Origin: Psammoneis japonica
Lineage: Eukaryota
Direction: 5' to 3'
Assembly: GCA_008632985.1 (NCBI GenBank)
Contig: QPGO01000009.1
Coordinates: 186,001-250,000, forward strand
Length of the DNA: 64,000 bases
This document shows, piece by piece, positions 48,001-60,406 of the stretch; position 1 is the stretch's first letter; each line of letters starts with the position of its first letter. Made by a program: the position numbers and the translations under genes. The notes under the pieces were generated by a model, which saw only the letters and a program-made list of their open reading frames with translations, did not search any database and had not been told where the DNA came from.

Positions 48001-51000
48001 AAGCTATAGAGCAAGGTGCACCAGTGCTCCCTTTCCCGGAAGTAGATGGTTCCGCCTCGCCCAAGCCCAATCATGATATGGAGGGCTCTGCGTCAACAAA
48101 CGGAGCAATTCACCGGCCCAGCGTAGCTGGGAGCATGAAGCGCCTCGTGGTTGGAAACTCCCATGACCATACAGTTTCGCCGTCGTCGACACGATCAACG
48201 ATTGAATCACCAGGTGCCTCAGGAGCACTTGGCCAGCGGTACTTTGGCTCCGCTACTCCGCGTTACCTTGATTTCAGCCGAAACGAAGCATTTGCGTCCA
48301 GCTTGAGGCACGAGCGAGAGCGTAGAATGAAATCATGGGCTGATGTGACCGCATTGAAAGAGGGTGAGATGCCGGGTATGATTTGCCGTTCCAAAGGGCT
48401 GCAGAAAAGGGATAAAGTCATCCATCGAGAACTCCACAACATGTCTCGTATCTTGTACGCAGGAACGAACATGCTTGCCATTCGTAGTGGAGGACGCAGA
48501 AGGAATACCGAGGATAGTGCTGGGCACGCATCAGTTGACTCTGTCGCCGAAGTTGAGAGTGATCAAGTTTCTCTTTTGACTGCTGAGACTGCTTCTCAAC
48601 GTCGACGAATTGAAGTTCCTGATGACGACTCGTCATTCTTGCTTCGTGCACAGGTACGTTGGATTGGTTTGCTTGAGCTTGGTTGTTTTCATCACATAGA
48701 AACGTTGCTTCGGTATTGAGCGTTTTGAGCTCACCGTTCTCTCCCGTGTTTTGTGTATGCAGCCCCGCGCACTTGATCCCGTTGGGATTCATCGTGACCA
48801 GCGCAACACCGACCATAGTTACAAGAGCTATTGTGCAACATACGAAGAGCCTGCCATACCCGCTGGAGAGAACAAATATCGGGGTGGACGCTACATTCGC
48901 CGCTGTATGCTTAGGTACTACCCCACCGACCGAACTGCGACCATAGTCTTGCCGAACGACTATCGGCAGTTGGACCACCGACTGGAGCGAGATACCATTG
49001 GTGACGCGAGCACAATTGAGAGCTCAGCGTCATCTTCTTTTCTGTCTTCAGAGTTTCTACGTGAACGGCATTTGTGCAAAAAGTGGTACCAAAAGGGACA
49101 AGCCCCTCGCCCCGGCTCGATTCTGACGAGCTCTGTCATGGAGCCATCTGATTTTTGTGCTGTACCTCGCACAGGACGAGCCCTTGACTTTGTTTATCGT
49201 GTGAAACTATTTGAAAGTCCAATGGTTGAGCTCGGTGGAAAACGCTTCACCGTCCACGACTCTGCTTGTGCCGGGGTACACCGCGCTGATGCAAGTTCAC
49301 TCGAATTGAGTGATGCGGCCTTGAGTACTGCGCTCCTAACGATTGGAAGCGGAATGGAAGAAACCGACGTGAGCGGCGACACTGTTAGCGATTCCACTTT
49401 AAACAGTGGGAAGACCATCTCCAGAGGAATGTCGCATCCCGCCGTCCAAGAGTTGAATCCGGTCCTGATGGGTACCCCGTGATATTTTTGAAGTTCAGTA
49501 AGAAACAGGGAGATACAAGCAACGTAGAAATGAAACCATGCCGGACATCGTATATTCGCGCTTCTTTGCTGATAGCTTCGGCAAGACAGAGCGCCCAGCT
49601 ACAGGTAGGGAACCACCTCCTCGTTGTTTTTGCGCGGATGCAAGTCAATTGGAACCTGACATCTTTGCATTCTTTCACCTTTCACCGTATAAATAGTGCC
49701 TGCTAAAGTGTGTTCAGGCAGGCTCGGCTAGAAGCGCAACAAGAGCAAGGACCGAAGCGAAGCTTTGGCCGACGCTCAAGCTGCTAGAGTTTGCCAATGG
49801 ATCTGTCCGGGATAAACAATCAGTTTTGCTTCGAGATTTGAAATTGGGTATTAATCACATTGATCGAGAACAGCTTCGTCGAAATGGCTTGTTGCAGCCG
49901 CGATCCCCTACTAGCATTGTCAGCCTCAGCACAGTCATCGAGGACGCGTTACAAGCCAAAGACACTGGCGTAGAATTGAGGACATCTTCCCCGAACGAGA
50001 TTGTTTTCAAGGTTCGTTGCGTTGCCATCGTCGAACTTGCTAGCTCCATAGACGATGAAGAGCTGGCATTGAACTATCATGGTGGAGAACCGTCAGATAG
50101 CAGTCGTTTGTTCCGCGAAGAATGGGTTGTTTATCGCTCGTATCGCGAGTTTTCTCATTTTCATAAGCATCTCAAAACGCAAGTGGCTGTGTCTGAGACG
50201 TCGGCGAGCGCAAGTGCTGGAGCGCGACTGGTCGGAGTTGCCGCTGCCGCGCTCGCGGTGCACGGGGGACCGACGGGCTCAACGCGTTCTAGACAAGGCA
50301 TGATCCCATCACTTGGTCAAGCAAAGGCCGGGGCACTTGGAGCTACAAAAAAGACGATTCAGAAACGAAAGGCCGTGTTGGGAAGCTATTTGAAGCACCT
50401 TACTTCACCAGATAATTTCCTGAATCGCTGCCCTGAACTTCAGCTCTTTCTGGGAGCGTTTTATCCACTTCCTCCTGATGTTGAAACTGGAGCTGGCGTG
50501 GTCGATCATTATAGGGACTCTCTTGGCCGAACAAATATGTCGCGAACAATGCTCGAACGTACGCCGTCACGCCAAGGGATAACAGATTCAAAGTCGGTCT
50601 CCATTGAGCAACCGTCACAAATAAACGAGGACAAGACAGGGGCTATTAATGCAAGCTCAAGTGCTGATGCTGTGGATGGCAAACCCGCCGAAGCTACAAA
50701 ATCGCCAGTCGCTTCTGAAGATGGTGTCTCAGAAGAACTGGCAGCGAAAAAGAAAGCCCAAAAGAAGCGTCGATCGAAGAAAGTGGTGATGAAGCCATAC
50801 ATCAAAGCCAAGATCGATCAGGTTTCACTAGGGGAGGTCCGCTTTTGTATCTTCGAGTTGGTTCGATACTTGTTTGATTTTGATAACGCCTCTTTTTTTC
50901 GCTCCCAAGTCTTTCAAGCCCTGAAGACCATGTCAATGGCTGTAACTACCTCTAGTGAGTTCCGAAAGACGTTGTATGAAACTCATGTGAAGAGTCTCAA

Positions 51001-51333
51001 TGCCGACGCAATGGCTGGCTGGGTCCGGTTCGGACTAGATATGCTGTGGCCTGATGGTGCATTCTTTGATCCCAAACCGCCTCCTACACGTGAGGAAGCG
51101 ACGGAAATGGCTGCGAGGTCCAAACTCATGTTGCCAACCGCATTCCCTGATCAGATTCGAGCGATACTTGGTCAAGAAATTACTCAAAATGGATTCGAAA
51201 TTTTACACGAGATGCTTCAAACCGCTTGGTTCTGAAATCGATGGCGTACATGCTGTTTGACTTGGTGTGGCTAGAGGTTTTCCCCGAACTCCAAGACATC
51301 TTGACCTGTGGATCGGCCCTTGACATGGATTAG
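45066..51333 (+). CDS. Large sorting nexin of SNX13/14/25 (Mdm1-like) architecture: TM, PXA, PX, Nexin_C; introns 48654-48762 and 49605-49696; frameshifts at about 49400 and 51220
   Basis: N-terminal TM helices; PXA VVRDFVASWYSII and LFTEILAGNVI; PX EWVVYRSYREFSHFHKHL...RKAVLGSYL; Nexin_C LWPDG...LPTAFPDQIRAILG...LQNRLVLKSMAY.LFDLVWLEVFPEL. Confidence 0.85.
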
Positions 51334-51634
51334 GTAGTTTTCAAAAGTGAAGCAACAACATAGACAATTACAGTGCTAGAGAAGACTGTCTCTACTTTTC
51401 TTCTCTCACGTGGCCACACCCGAGCTAACCTGATCGAAGGTTACATTCAACTCATCAGCAATCTCAAATCCAAGAGAAGATCTTCCAGAGACAGACCGCG
51501 AGAGAGTCGCGCGAGCGAGCGACCCTCTCTGCTCCACTGGCTGGGCCCTGCTCTCTGCCGTACAGTGCTCTCTGCTCTCGCAGCTCTAGAGAGAGTGGCT
51601 GGCTGGCTGGCTAGCAGCTAGCTAGCTAGCTAGA

Positions 51635-52990
51635 GAGCAGCCACTCGCACAGCAGAGCAGAGCTGCCAGCTTTTAGAGAGTGCAGAGCAGATCTCAAGCG
51701 TTGCTTCCCCCACGAAAAGAACTTCCAATGCCCACACACACCACCACACACAACAAAAAATGTGCACAATTTGTTGATGCACACACAACAATTTAATGCC
51801 TGTGTTGTCCCTGCACTTCATGAGTGCAGTGACAGCATCTTCAAACCATGTGTGTGTGGCCTCTCTGTGTTCACCCCACATCACCTGGGCTGTGGAAGCC
51901 CTCAGCATGGGAGCACAAGCTGGGCAGTTGTCCGCAGGAAAGAAGAGCTGTGAAACCTGCGTCAGAGGCAAAATCAAGTTGGTTGCAAGGGCCTCTTCAG
52001 CTGGAGGGAACAGAAGATCTTTTGTCATGTTCCTGCGGCAGCATCTTGCAAAGCTTGTGAGGCAGAGCAAGAGCTGGGGCACGCGCACTTGGCTGCTTGC
52101 GCCGGCTGTTGAGCTCATTGCACAGCTCCAGAAGAACAAAAGGGGTGCACAGCACAGATCTTTGTTGGTGCTCTCAAGACTTGCCAGCAGCGCTCTGGTC
52201 TTTTCACTCAAAGTGACCCAAAACAATGCAGCGGCTTTGTCGCTGCAAAACCTTGCTGGCCACTCTTGCCACTGGCTCCCATGGCTGCAGGGGCAGAGCT
52301 CCAGCTCTGGTTGATGCTGTGCACCATTTGACCAGAGCTGGCACCCAAAAAAGGGGGTGTGGAGAGCCTCTCATGACACCAGGGGTGCAAAGTTTTTGAT
52401 GCGGGCCTGTCGGCACATCTGCAGGGGAGGGAGCTGGAGGTGCCCAAGCCTTCACGGTCATTTCATGGCACTTTCTCAGAAAAAGAAACAACAAAAAAGG
52501 CAGTGCACAGCAGCAACCCTTGCGTGCTGCGCTCTGTCATGACAGTGATGAGGGGCACTGGCGCCCTGCTGCTTGTGTTTGCAGATGGGCAGCTCGGCGC
52601 CATGGAGAGCTTCTGCCCTTCCACCCTTTGCTGTCCCAAACACATTCTGACCGCAGGTGCAGTGAGGACACTTGAGTGCCCAGGAGTGCGCCACTGGCGT
52701 GCTTGCCAACTTGAAAGCAAAGCTTTTGGCAGCTGAAGGCTGCCTTTTGCACCCTTGTTGGGCTGCAGAGGAGGGGGGCTGTGCGGCACGACCCCGCCCA
52801 AGAAATCATTTCTGCTCAGACACGGGCAGCCAAAGTGCTTTTCAGTGTGAACAAGGTTTTGCCCAAGCGTGGCTCTTGTGTGAAGGAGTGCAAGGCTGTG
52901 AATGTGAAGCCATTGTGAAACTGTTTGGCAGAGCCCGTTGATCCCACACATCATTTTTAGCCAAAAAATGCGCAAACTGGGCAAAACATT
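51635..52990. mobile_element. TpA-depleted degenerate repeat
   Basis: TpA occurs essentially only in TTA/TAA context; Tyr-free ORFs; short peptide similarities to the domains at 16.4-16.9 kb and 37-39 kb. Confidence 0.5.
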
Positions 52991-53202
52991 ATTTTTCACT
53001 CAACGAACTAATAAACGTTTTTTTCGTGACCGATTTTCGATCGAAAGCACCGACTTCCAACTCCCAATCTAGCTCCCGGCACTGCACTGGTAGATCATCA
53101 TCTGTGCATCTGTGATCTGCGAGGAGGAGTCGTTCTTCGAAGCAAAGATGAGCTGAACGGCACCGGTATTCTCAGTCTCTATGAAAGAAAGAATAGCAAA
53201 AC

Positions 53203-55341
53203 ATGACGAGCGAAGGAAGCGTTGAACATAGCGAAAGCGAATCTAGCATTGACATCACGCAAGATGCCAATCTCCCACCTGCACCGCCTCCAGCCACACC
53301 ACACCGGAGGTCTCCAAGACTTGGGTTGCATCATCCTCCTCAGTCCTTCCTCTCCAGATATCGAACAGGTGACGTTTCAAACTCCCACCGAACTACGATT
53401 CGAACCATGCACGATGCGGCTACCCACACAAATGGTGTCATCCGAGAAACCCACGTTGAAGAGGTGGAAGAAGTAAAGGCGGGAGACACGAAGAATAAGA
53501 AGCGATGGAAGAAGGCTGTAGCCTTATAAGTGCTACCAGGGCATTGGAATCCACAATTCAAGAAGGCAACGAAGAGGAGGAGGAAAACGAAGATGAAGAG
53601 CAGAACGGACAAACCGAGGCAAAACCAAAGAAGGTGAAGCAGTACCGCCTCACTACAAAACGAAGAGTAAGAACTATTGCGTGTTGCGTGTACCAGTGTT
53701 CATTTCAATGTTTCTCTTGCGTGAATATACTAACACAAGCTTTTGTGTTTTTAGTACATTGGGGCAAAGGATTGGCTGAGTGGTCAACTTTTCTTAGCTT
53801 CCACGACGGAGCATGAGGTATCTCAGATTCGGGGATTTAGCTATTACTTGACAAGATATCTTCAGTGGACCTTTCGCACAAGCTTCTTGTCTCTGTTTCT
53901 TGTGTCATTGGCGTTTTTCTATATCTTCACTTTAGCTTTCGCGGGCTTCTTCACCTTGTTTGGATACTTCCAACCAGAATGCATTTATGTTGGGGAAGGC
54001 GTCAAGTTTGGCCAAAATGGATTCGGGGACGCGTTCCATTTAAGTTGGACAACCTTTTCGACTGTTGGTTATGGTCTAGTTTTTCCAGACGTTGTGGGCG
54101 TACGGCAATGTGTTTTGTTGAACATGTTTGCTTCGTTTGAAGCGTACGTTGGGGTGATTTTTGTTGGATTTACAGGCGCCCTTGTGTTTGGTAAAGTATC
54201 GCGAGCCCAGAGCAGTGCTAAGGTGCGGTTTAGCGACCCTATTCTCATTCAGTATGGATCAGGATTAATGACGAGACAAGACGATGTTTCCGATACTTCT
54301 TCCTTTGATCGAGATCAACATGGTAGCGAGGAACCAAGAAGAGTCAGTGTCGGCGACGACCCTACCGGGATTCCTTGTCCCATTTTGGAGTTTCGGGTTA
54401 TCAATCTAGCCCACCAGTTCGAAGGAGGTGAAATTATGAATGCTTCTGTCAACTGTTCCGCCGTGTTAAAAGCTGGCGAAGTAGCTCCATCCATTCGCCT
54501 TGCAGCCTATAAATCAAGACGTCGCCTCAAAACCTTGGAAAAGCTGAGAAACGAAGGCAAGAAGAGATCTGCTGCGACGGGTGGAAAGGGAGTTTTCAGT
54601 CTTGCAACTGCCGGCCATTTAGTTGGCAAGCTAAAACAAGTTGCGACATCACCGCTTGGACGAACTGATTTACCTGAGACTATTGAAGAAGATGAAGATC
54701 TGGATGTAACGACTTATGATTTGAAGCACCAACGTGTCACTGTCCTTCAGCTGTCTGCTCTTCATACCCTTTACGACGAAGATCCTACTGGCAAATTTGT
54801 ACCACGCCGTATCTTTTCCAAAGTGGAACTTGAAACACCTTGCCATCCACTCTTTCGGCGTGTTTGGCATATTCAACACGTACTGAACGAGAAGTCTCCT
54901 CTTCTTAAAGCCAAGGCGAAACGAATGGTTGTTGAAAATGGAGGAAGCTGGCCAGAAGAGTTGAACTCTCACGAGAAGGTTCGCGAGAGTATCTACTTTG
55001 AAAAAATTCTTGTAAGCTTCTCGGGCACGGCAAGCACAACTGCTAACACGGTATATGCGCAAAAGGTATATCATTTTAAAAATACCAATGTTGGCTACAG
55101 GTTTTCCCCCCTCTTACACATTTCACAACAAGGGAGACTTGAAATGGATGCAGCTTTGCTAAACGATGTGACTGAACAGCCAGGCGGTGGAGGGGAGCCA
55201 TTCCAAAATGTGGAAGAGCCTTTGTTGATTCCTGGACAGCATGTGGCAGAAGCCGTGGTCGACGTGGCACATGCTACAGGTGACGTTGTTGATGGCGCGA
55301 TTGAAAGGATTCAAGAAGTGGTCGGATCTAAAGAAGAGTGA
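53203..55341 (+). CDS. Inward-rectifier-type (Kir-like) potassium channel; intron 53667-53754; frameshift at about 53524
   Basis: Two TM helices flanking the pore FHLSWTTFSTVGYG; cytoplasmic Kir motifs VRFSDPILI, PILEFRVIN, HVLNEKSPLL. Confidence 0.85.
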
Positions 55342-56043
55342 GATGTTTTGTCGTGAACCTCGTTTCCCCTCGCCTTTATCAGCATCTGTTTTGGCCGTAC
55401 AAGCCGCAGCGATGCAATTGGCCATTCTGAATAAGGTAGATGTCATTTGCAATGGTCACTTTGTCGCTGCCAGATGCTCGATTTTGCCACACGTGCTGTC
55501 GTTTGCCTCTTTCCCCGCGGCCTGAAGCGTTTTACGGGCAATATTGTAGAAAGTTTCATCGGCTTTCCTGAACGCGTGTTCGGGAGAGCGATGTTGAAAT
55601 GGAGTTAAATACACAAAATAGTATCTACTACCTGCTAGCGAGACGAGTAGAGAGAATACTGACCTTGATTCTGTTGGCTTCCAAGGATAGCCCATCCCTA
55701 TCTGTTGACGGACGGCCCTGGATATCTTCTCAACGAAAGAAGTGAGCCGAGCGCACTCTATCCTCTAAAATAAACTTTCTAGCTCTAGAGAGTTACCAGG
55801 TACCGTCGATTCTATATAGAGATAGGTTTTCTCGCTCTACTTGTGCTCTAGAGAGAGTGAGAGCTATGATCAAAGAGAGTGTATGAGCCCAAACTAGAAA
55901 GCTCATGTGATGTGTGACGTCACAATTTTGGCGCGAGCTAGCTTCAACACTTCTCCGAAAGCGAACCGTGTCACGACCAAAAAAAGATACAAGATACCCC
56001 TTCTCACTTCTCATTCGAACCGCATCAGCACCCAATCACCACC

Positions 56044-56759
56044 ATGATGGTCAAAGGAATCGTGTTCTTGTTGTCTGCACTACCTTTTTCAGAAGCGTTT
56101 GTGATATCGGTGCAACAGACAAGGGTAAAGGCGACTTCCCCTCATGTTGCTCTCAAGGGCGCTTCAAGCGCAACCACGCCAAACCAGAGCAACGATGCGT
56201 TGACTCGTCTGCAGCACGAATACAAGGTATTGCAAGAAAAGCTACTGAGCGATGTCGTCATCAAACATGACGAAGAAGACGCAGAGCTTATTGAAGAACA
56301 AATGATTGAGATCGCGACTCAAGCTACAAAGATTCAGGAGGAAAAGCAAATTGAAGTCATGGGAGATGCTGAACAAGACCATGTACAAGCCCAACATGCT
56401 CGAGAGCAGGCTGAAGCCCTCAAGAAAGGGGTAGATGAAACAGAGGAAGGTGATGCGTCCGTAAAAGGGATTTTCAACGAGGCGTACGATGAACTTGTAA
56501 AGTACAGCGACTACAAGGAACTTGAAGCAACACATAAAATGGAGGCCGCCAAACTTCTGCTAAAGGAATTGAAGGAAACGAGAAGAGACTAGAAGCAACT
56601 CTGCAGGCCTTGAGGGAAGAAAAGAAGAACAGCCAGAAAAGCTCTGCTGCTTTGGAAGAAGAACTTCATGCCCAGCACAGATCATTCCTCGACAAAGTCA
56701 AGGATGCGGTGTATGCGCACCCGGATATTTTGCTCAACCTTGATCCCCATATTCTATGA
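56044..56759 (+). CDS. Putative plastid-targeted coiled-coil protein; frameshift at about 56578
   Basis: Signal peptide plus SEAFV motif; Glu/Lys-rich helices; frame continues (ENEKRLEATLQ...LDPHIL*) if one A is restored. Confidence 0.7.
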
Positions 56760-57048
56760 TGCTAGCAGACTTGCGTTGCTTTCTAGCTAGCTGCATTTAA
56801 CACTTAGTAGGACTTTCTTTCGGTCTTTCGAAAGCACAATATATTGCCCGCCTTCACGTTTGCTCTAATACATTGCTTCAGCGTTGTGTTCAGTGGTGTG
56901 TGGCGTTCATTACGTGCGGAGCTTTGACGGACGACGCACCTACCGCTAGAGGAGAGAGAGCGGCGGGCGGCGGCGGCGGCGAGGAGAGACCATGACACTC
57001 GCGAGCCGCTTCCAGCCATAGACAACGTTTTCAGCAAAGACAACAACA

Positions 57049-59007
57049 ATGAGTGGATCCCTTAAAGACCCTTTACTCTCTGCGAAAGTAGCAGTGACGA
57101 AGAAGAATCGTCAAATAACAAAAACTCCGGAGTTCGTTCATCAGAAAATGTCGGCAGCACATTCCAATATGCTAATTCTTCGGACGCCGTTCGCAGCAGT
57201 GCAGCGGCCAGAATGCCCGTATCAGAACTGAAACGGATCTTGACGGAGCGTGGGATTGACACAGTGACTGTGTGGAAAAGCGGGGTCTTATTGACCGTCT
57301 CGAGAACAGCTGCGGTAGTGGCAATGCGGCGGGGAGTGAGAAAGTCAACGTCACCTATGAAGATGATCGAAAGCGAGCACCCATGGAGAGTATTCCAGGA
57401 ACCGACGGACAGAAACGACGAGCTTCTTCCATTCAGCTCCCCGCTGCTGTTTCCAAACGTCAAAGATCGACTTCGTCTTCAAACGTCTTGGATTCACACA
57501 TCAAACTATATCGAACTGATTTGGATCTCTCAACGGCTCAAGCGTCCTCACCAATCGTTCGTGATAACTGTCTTACAACGCGCCAGATGCTTGGTTTCGA
57601 TGCTTCGCCATATTACACGAACTGTAATATTGACTGGATGGTGCTATCCAATTTCATGGTTGACTTTGATTACCTTCTCGATCTGATACCAGAACTGTTT
57701 TCGATTCCAACCGGAGTTGTGTTTTATGGACAAGCAGGACCCAGTACGGCACTTGCAAACTGGAAACAAGCGACTGACGTGGATGTTATTGAATTGGATC
57801 CTTCTGACACACCATTGTCTGCGAGAAATCCACTCAAATACAAGGTAAGGTAACAGGCTCTCAATCATCTCCTCGTCGTTTATCCATACTCACGCCCTTT
57901 TTGCTCGTTGCCCCAGTTTCATTATGGTGTGCATCATACCAAGGCTTTCCTTCTCGGTTTGAGCAACGGTCTCTTGCGTGTGATTGTTCATACGGCCAAT
58001 ATTATGCCCGGAGACTGCCAGACAAAAACGCAAGGAGCATACATTCAGGACTTTCCTCTCAAGACTGCAGACTCGGAGCAAACCGAGTTTGAAAACGATA
58101 TGGTCAACTATTTCCAGACGTATGGATACAAGAAACAGCGGCGCTGGGATAAAAATGGGAGTGCGAGGACTTGTGGGATCAGTTGCGTCGGTATGACTTT
58201 AGCTCAGCGAAGGCTGTTCTTATAGCCTCTACCCCTGGTTATCACCCTGTGTCCCCTGGTGACGCAGAGCCCCTCCGAGGGTACTTGAAATTATCAAAGG
58301 CAATTCAAGTCCACTGTCCGGTCGACTCGGCATCTTCTGATCCCATTGTTTGCCAATTCTCATCCATGGGATCCTTGAACAAGAAGTGGCTCGCCAAGTT
58401 TGCAACCGCCCTCAATGCCTCTCAGACTCCTTGTAGCGAGCACAACCTCGAATCTTCCGTCAAACTTGTCTTTCCTACCGCTGATGAGATTTGTAACTCC
58501 GTTGAGGGCTATGCTGGAGGAGGCTCTGTTCCATCGTTCGCAAAGAATGTTGACAAGGACTTTCTTCAACCCCTTTATCACAAGTGGTCGTCGTCTTCGC
58601 CCCGATTGTTGCACAAGCCTCGTAACGTCCCGCATATCAAGTCCTTTTATCAGCTCGGACATGATTCTCTGTCCATGCAGTGGTTTTGCATCACTTCCCA
58701 CAATCTATCGACGGCAGCCTGGGGGCAAGTACAAAAGAGCAGGAGGGGTGGAGAGTGTTGCTTCATTCGGCACTGGGAGCTGGGAGTGTTCGTTGCGCCC
58801 AGTATGTTTGGAGCTAACACAGCGATTCGACCGATTCCAGAGGGTCAAAGTTTGAAGAGCACACCGACAGAGAAAATCATTGGGATACCACTTCCGTATC
58901 CCATTCAGCCAACCAGGTATGGAAGGGACGATGAAGTGTTTTCTTGGGAGAAATTCTACCAACGACGTGATGCGTTTGGCCGACGCTCTACTAGAGATAT
59001 TATGTAG
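57049..59007 (+). CDS. TDP1: Tyrosyl-DNA phosphodiesterase 1; intron 57845-57916; several frameshifts
   Basis: HKN motifs YGVHHTK...HTAN and PHIKS...TSHNLSTAAWG; YIQDFP, YDFSSAKAVLIASTPG, QFSSMGSL, HWELGV, PLPY. Confidence 0.92.
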
Positions 59008-59566
59008 CTAGCCTATCATGACGTTTTCGACAACAAGTGACGTGGATTGACCCCCATCAAGTTGAACGCTGGGGGGGGGGACTTGAAGGCTTTTTCTTTT
59101 TTCAACCTCTCTTGAGGAAACAGCATACTGTAGATGAAGCGAACGAGCACGCTGGTGCATTTTTGAGAGACAGCCTTTTTGCTTGTTGTTGCTTCGTCTT
59201 CCGAACTCAAATAGTGCGCGACTTGTCCATCATTCCCCGTGACTTCTCGTTCAGATACGATTGTACGTGAACTTCCCTCTACAGTAGAGAGTAGCTGTCG
59301 AACGGACCGTCGATCAGAGTTGAACTATCTGGGCAGTAGCACGAGCACAGGCATACCAGGTACGCTGAGTTCATGCAATTGTGGAAAAAGCAGGATACAC
59401 CAACAGTGACCTAGGTACAACTAATGATTCGCGGAATGTGATTATCGATTCTGTAACGAATTGATTGACTTGTCGTTATCTCTCTCTCTAGAGGCCTCGA
59501 TGCTAGACCTACCACAAGGTGCGCGATACACACCAAAAAGTTGACATACAGTCGAGCAGATACAAG

Positions 59567-60406
59567 TCAAACACCTACCACGACACTCTTATTAGCGCGT
59601 ACCTCGCACACTTCTATCTTTGGACAATTTCTAAGCACATCGACAACTCCCTGCGTCGTGAACGAGCTGTCCGCAAAGCCAGTGAATCCTCGGTGATTGT
59701 ACAGAAAGCACTCAAGGTTGTAACAAGCATGAGCTAGCGCCTTGAGGATTGTATCCGAGCAGAAATGATTTACCAGCACATCAATGACAAGACTTTCGAG
59801 TCGATTACCCATGGCTTGAATGAACGGTACGAGAGACCGGTCGTGTGCGCTTTGAAAGGTGAGGTCGAGCTTCTTGAGCTTTGGAAAAAGAGCAGGGATT
59901 TGGTGGAGCTCCTTGTCGAACGAAAATTCAAAAGCGAGGCCTAATTCTTCCAGCTGGGGCCCAATCGCCTCAACAATGCGATCAAGCAAACTGCAGAGGA
60001 CTGCCGGGCTGATTTCGGGATGCACCAGCTTTTTGAGCGAAGAAAACTGCGGCCGGAAGAGAAAGAAACGATGACGTAGCTCTATTGCATCCACTTTCCA
60101 GACGTCTCGTTGTAGCGCCATCCACAAATGAGGATTCTGTGTTGCCGCTAGCCAAGGCTTGGACACCACGGAAACGCAATGGACAAGATCGCGTTTTGGT
60201 AGATAGCCAAACACGACCAGTCCCAACTCGTCCGGGAATGCAACTATCTTCGACGTAAAGCACGGTTTTGATGCTGCACTATTATCGAGAATATTCTTGA
60301 TCGCAACGACACCATAGTCATCAGCACTCACGGTCTCGTGCACTCGTACTTGTTTCATTGCCGCCAACGCGTCTTCTGCTGCTTTACGCTTGGGACGGCG
60401 TTCCAT
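59567..60406 (-). CDS. F-box/LRR protein
   Basis: F-box FPDELGLVVFGYLPKRDL..VSVVSKPW....NPHLW followed by LRR-like repeats (PKLKKLDL, CYNLE, CPKIE). C-terminal end uncertain. Confidence 0.8.
   Translation of the reverse strand: MERRPKRKAAEDALAAMKQVRVHETVSADDYGVVAIKNILDNSAASKPCFTSKIVAFPDELGLVVFGYLPKRDLVHCVSVVSKPWLAATQNPHLWMALQRDVWKVDAIELRHRFFLFRPQFSSLKKLVHPEISPAVLCSLLDRIVEAIGPQLEELGLAFEFSFDKELHQIPALFPKLKKLDLTFQSAHDRSLVPFIQAMGNRLESLVIDVLVNHFCSDTILKALAHACYNLECFLYNHRGFTGFADSSFTTQGVVDVLRNCPKIEVCEVRANKSVVVGV

Noticed and set aside
31050..58170. Programmed ribosomal frameshifting or mass pseudogenisation of host genes
   Set aside because: Breaks fall mostly at short homopolymers in unrelated conserved genes with no other decay; sequencing error is more parsimonious.
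57049..59007. TDP1 (or the TrmH methyltransferase) as the effector of the TpA mutation process
   Set aside because: Both look like ordinary housekeeping enzymes; nothing but proximity links them, and no deaminase or DNA-modifying gene was recognised in the window.
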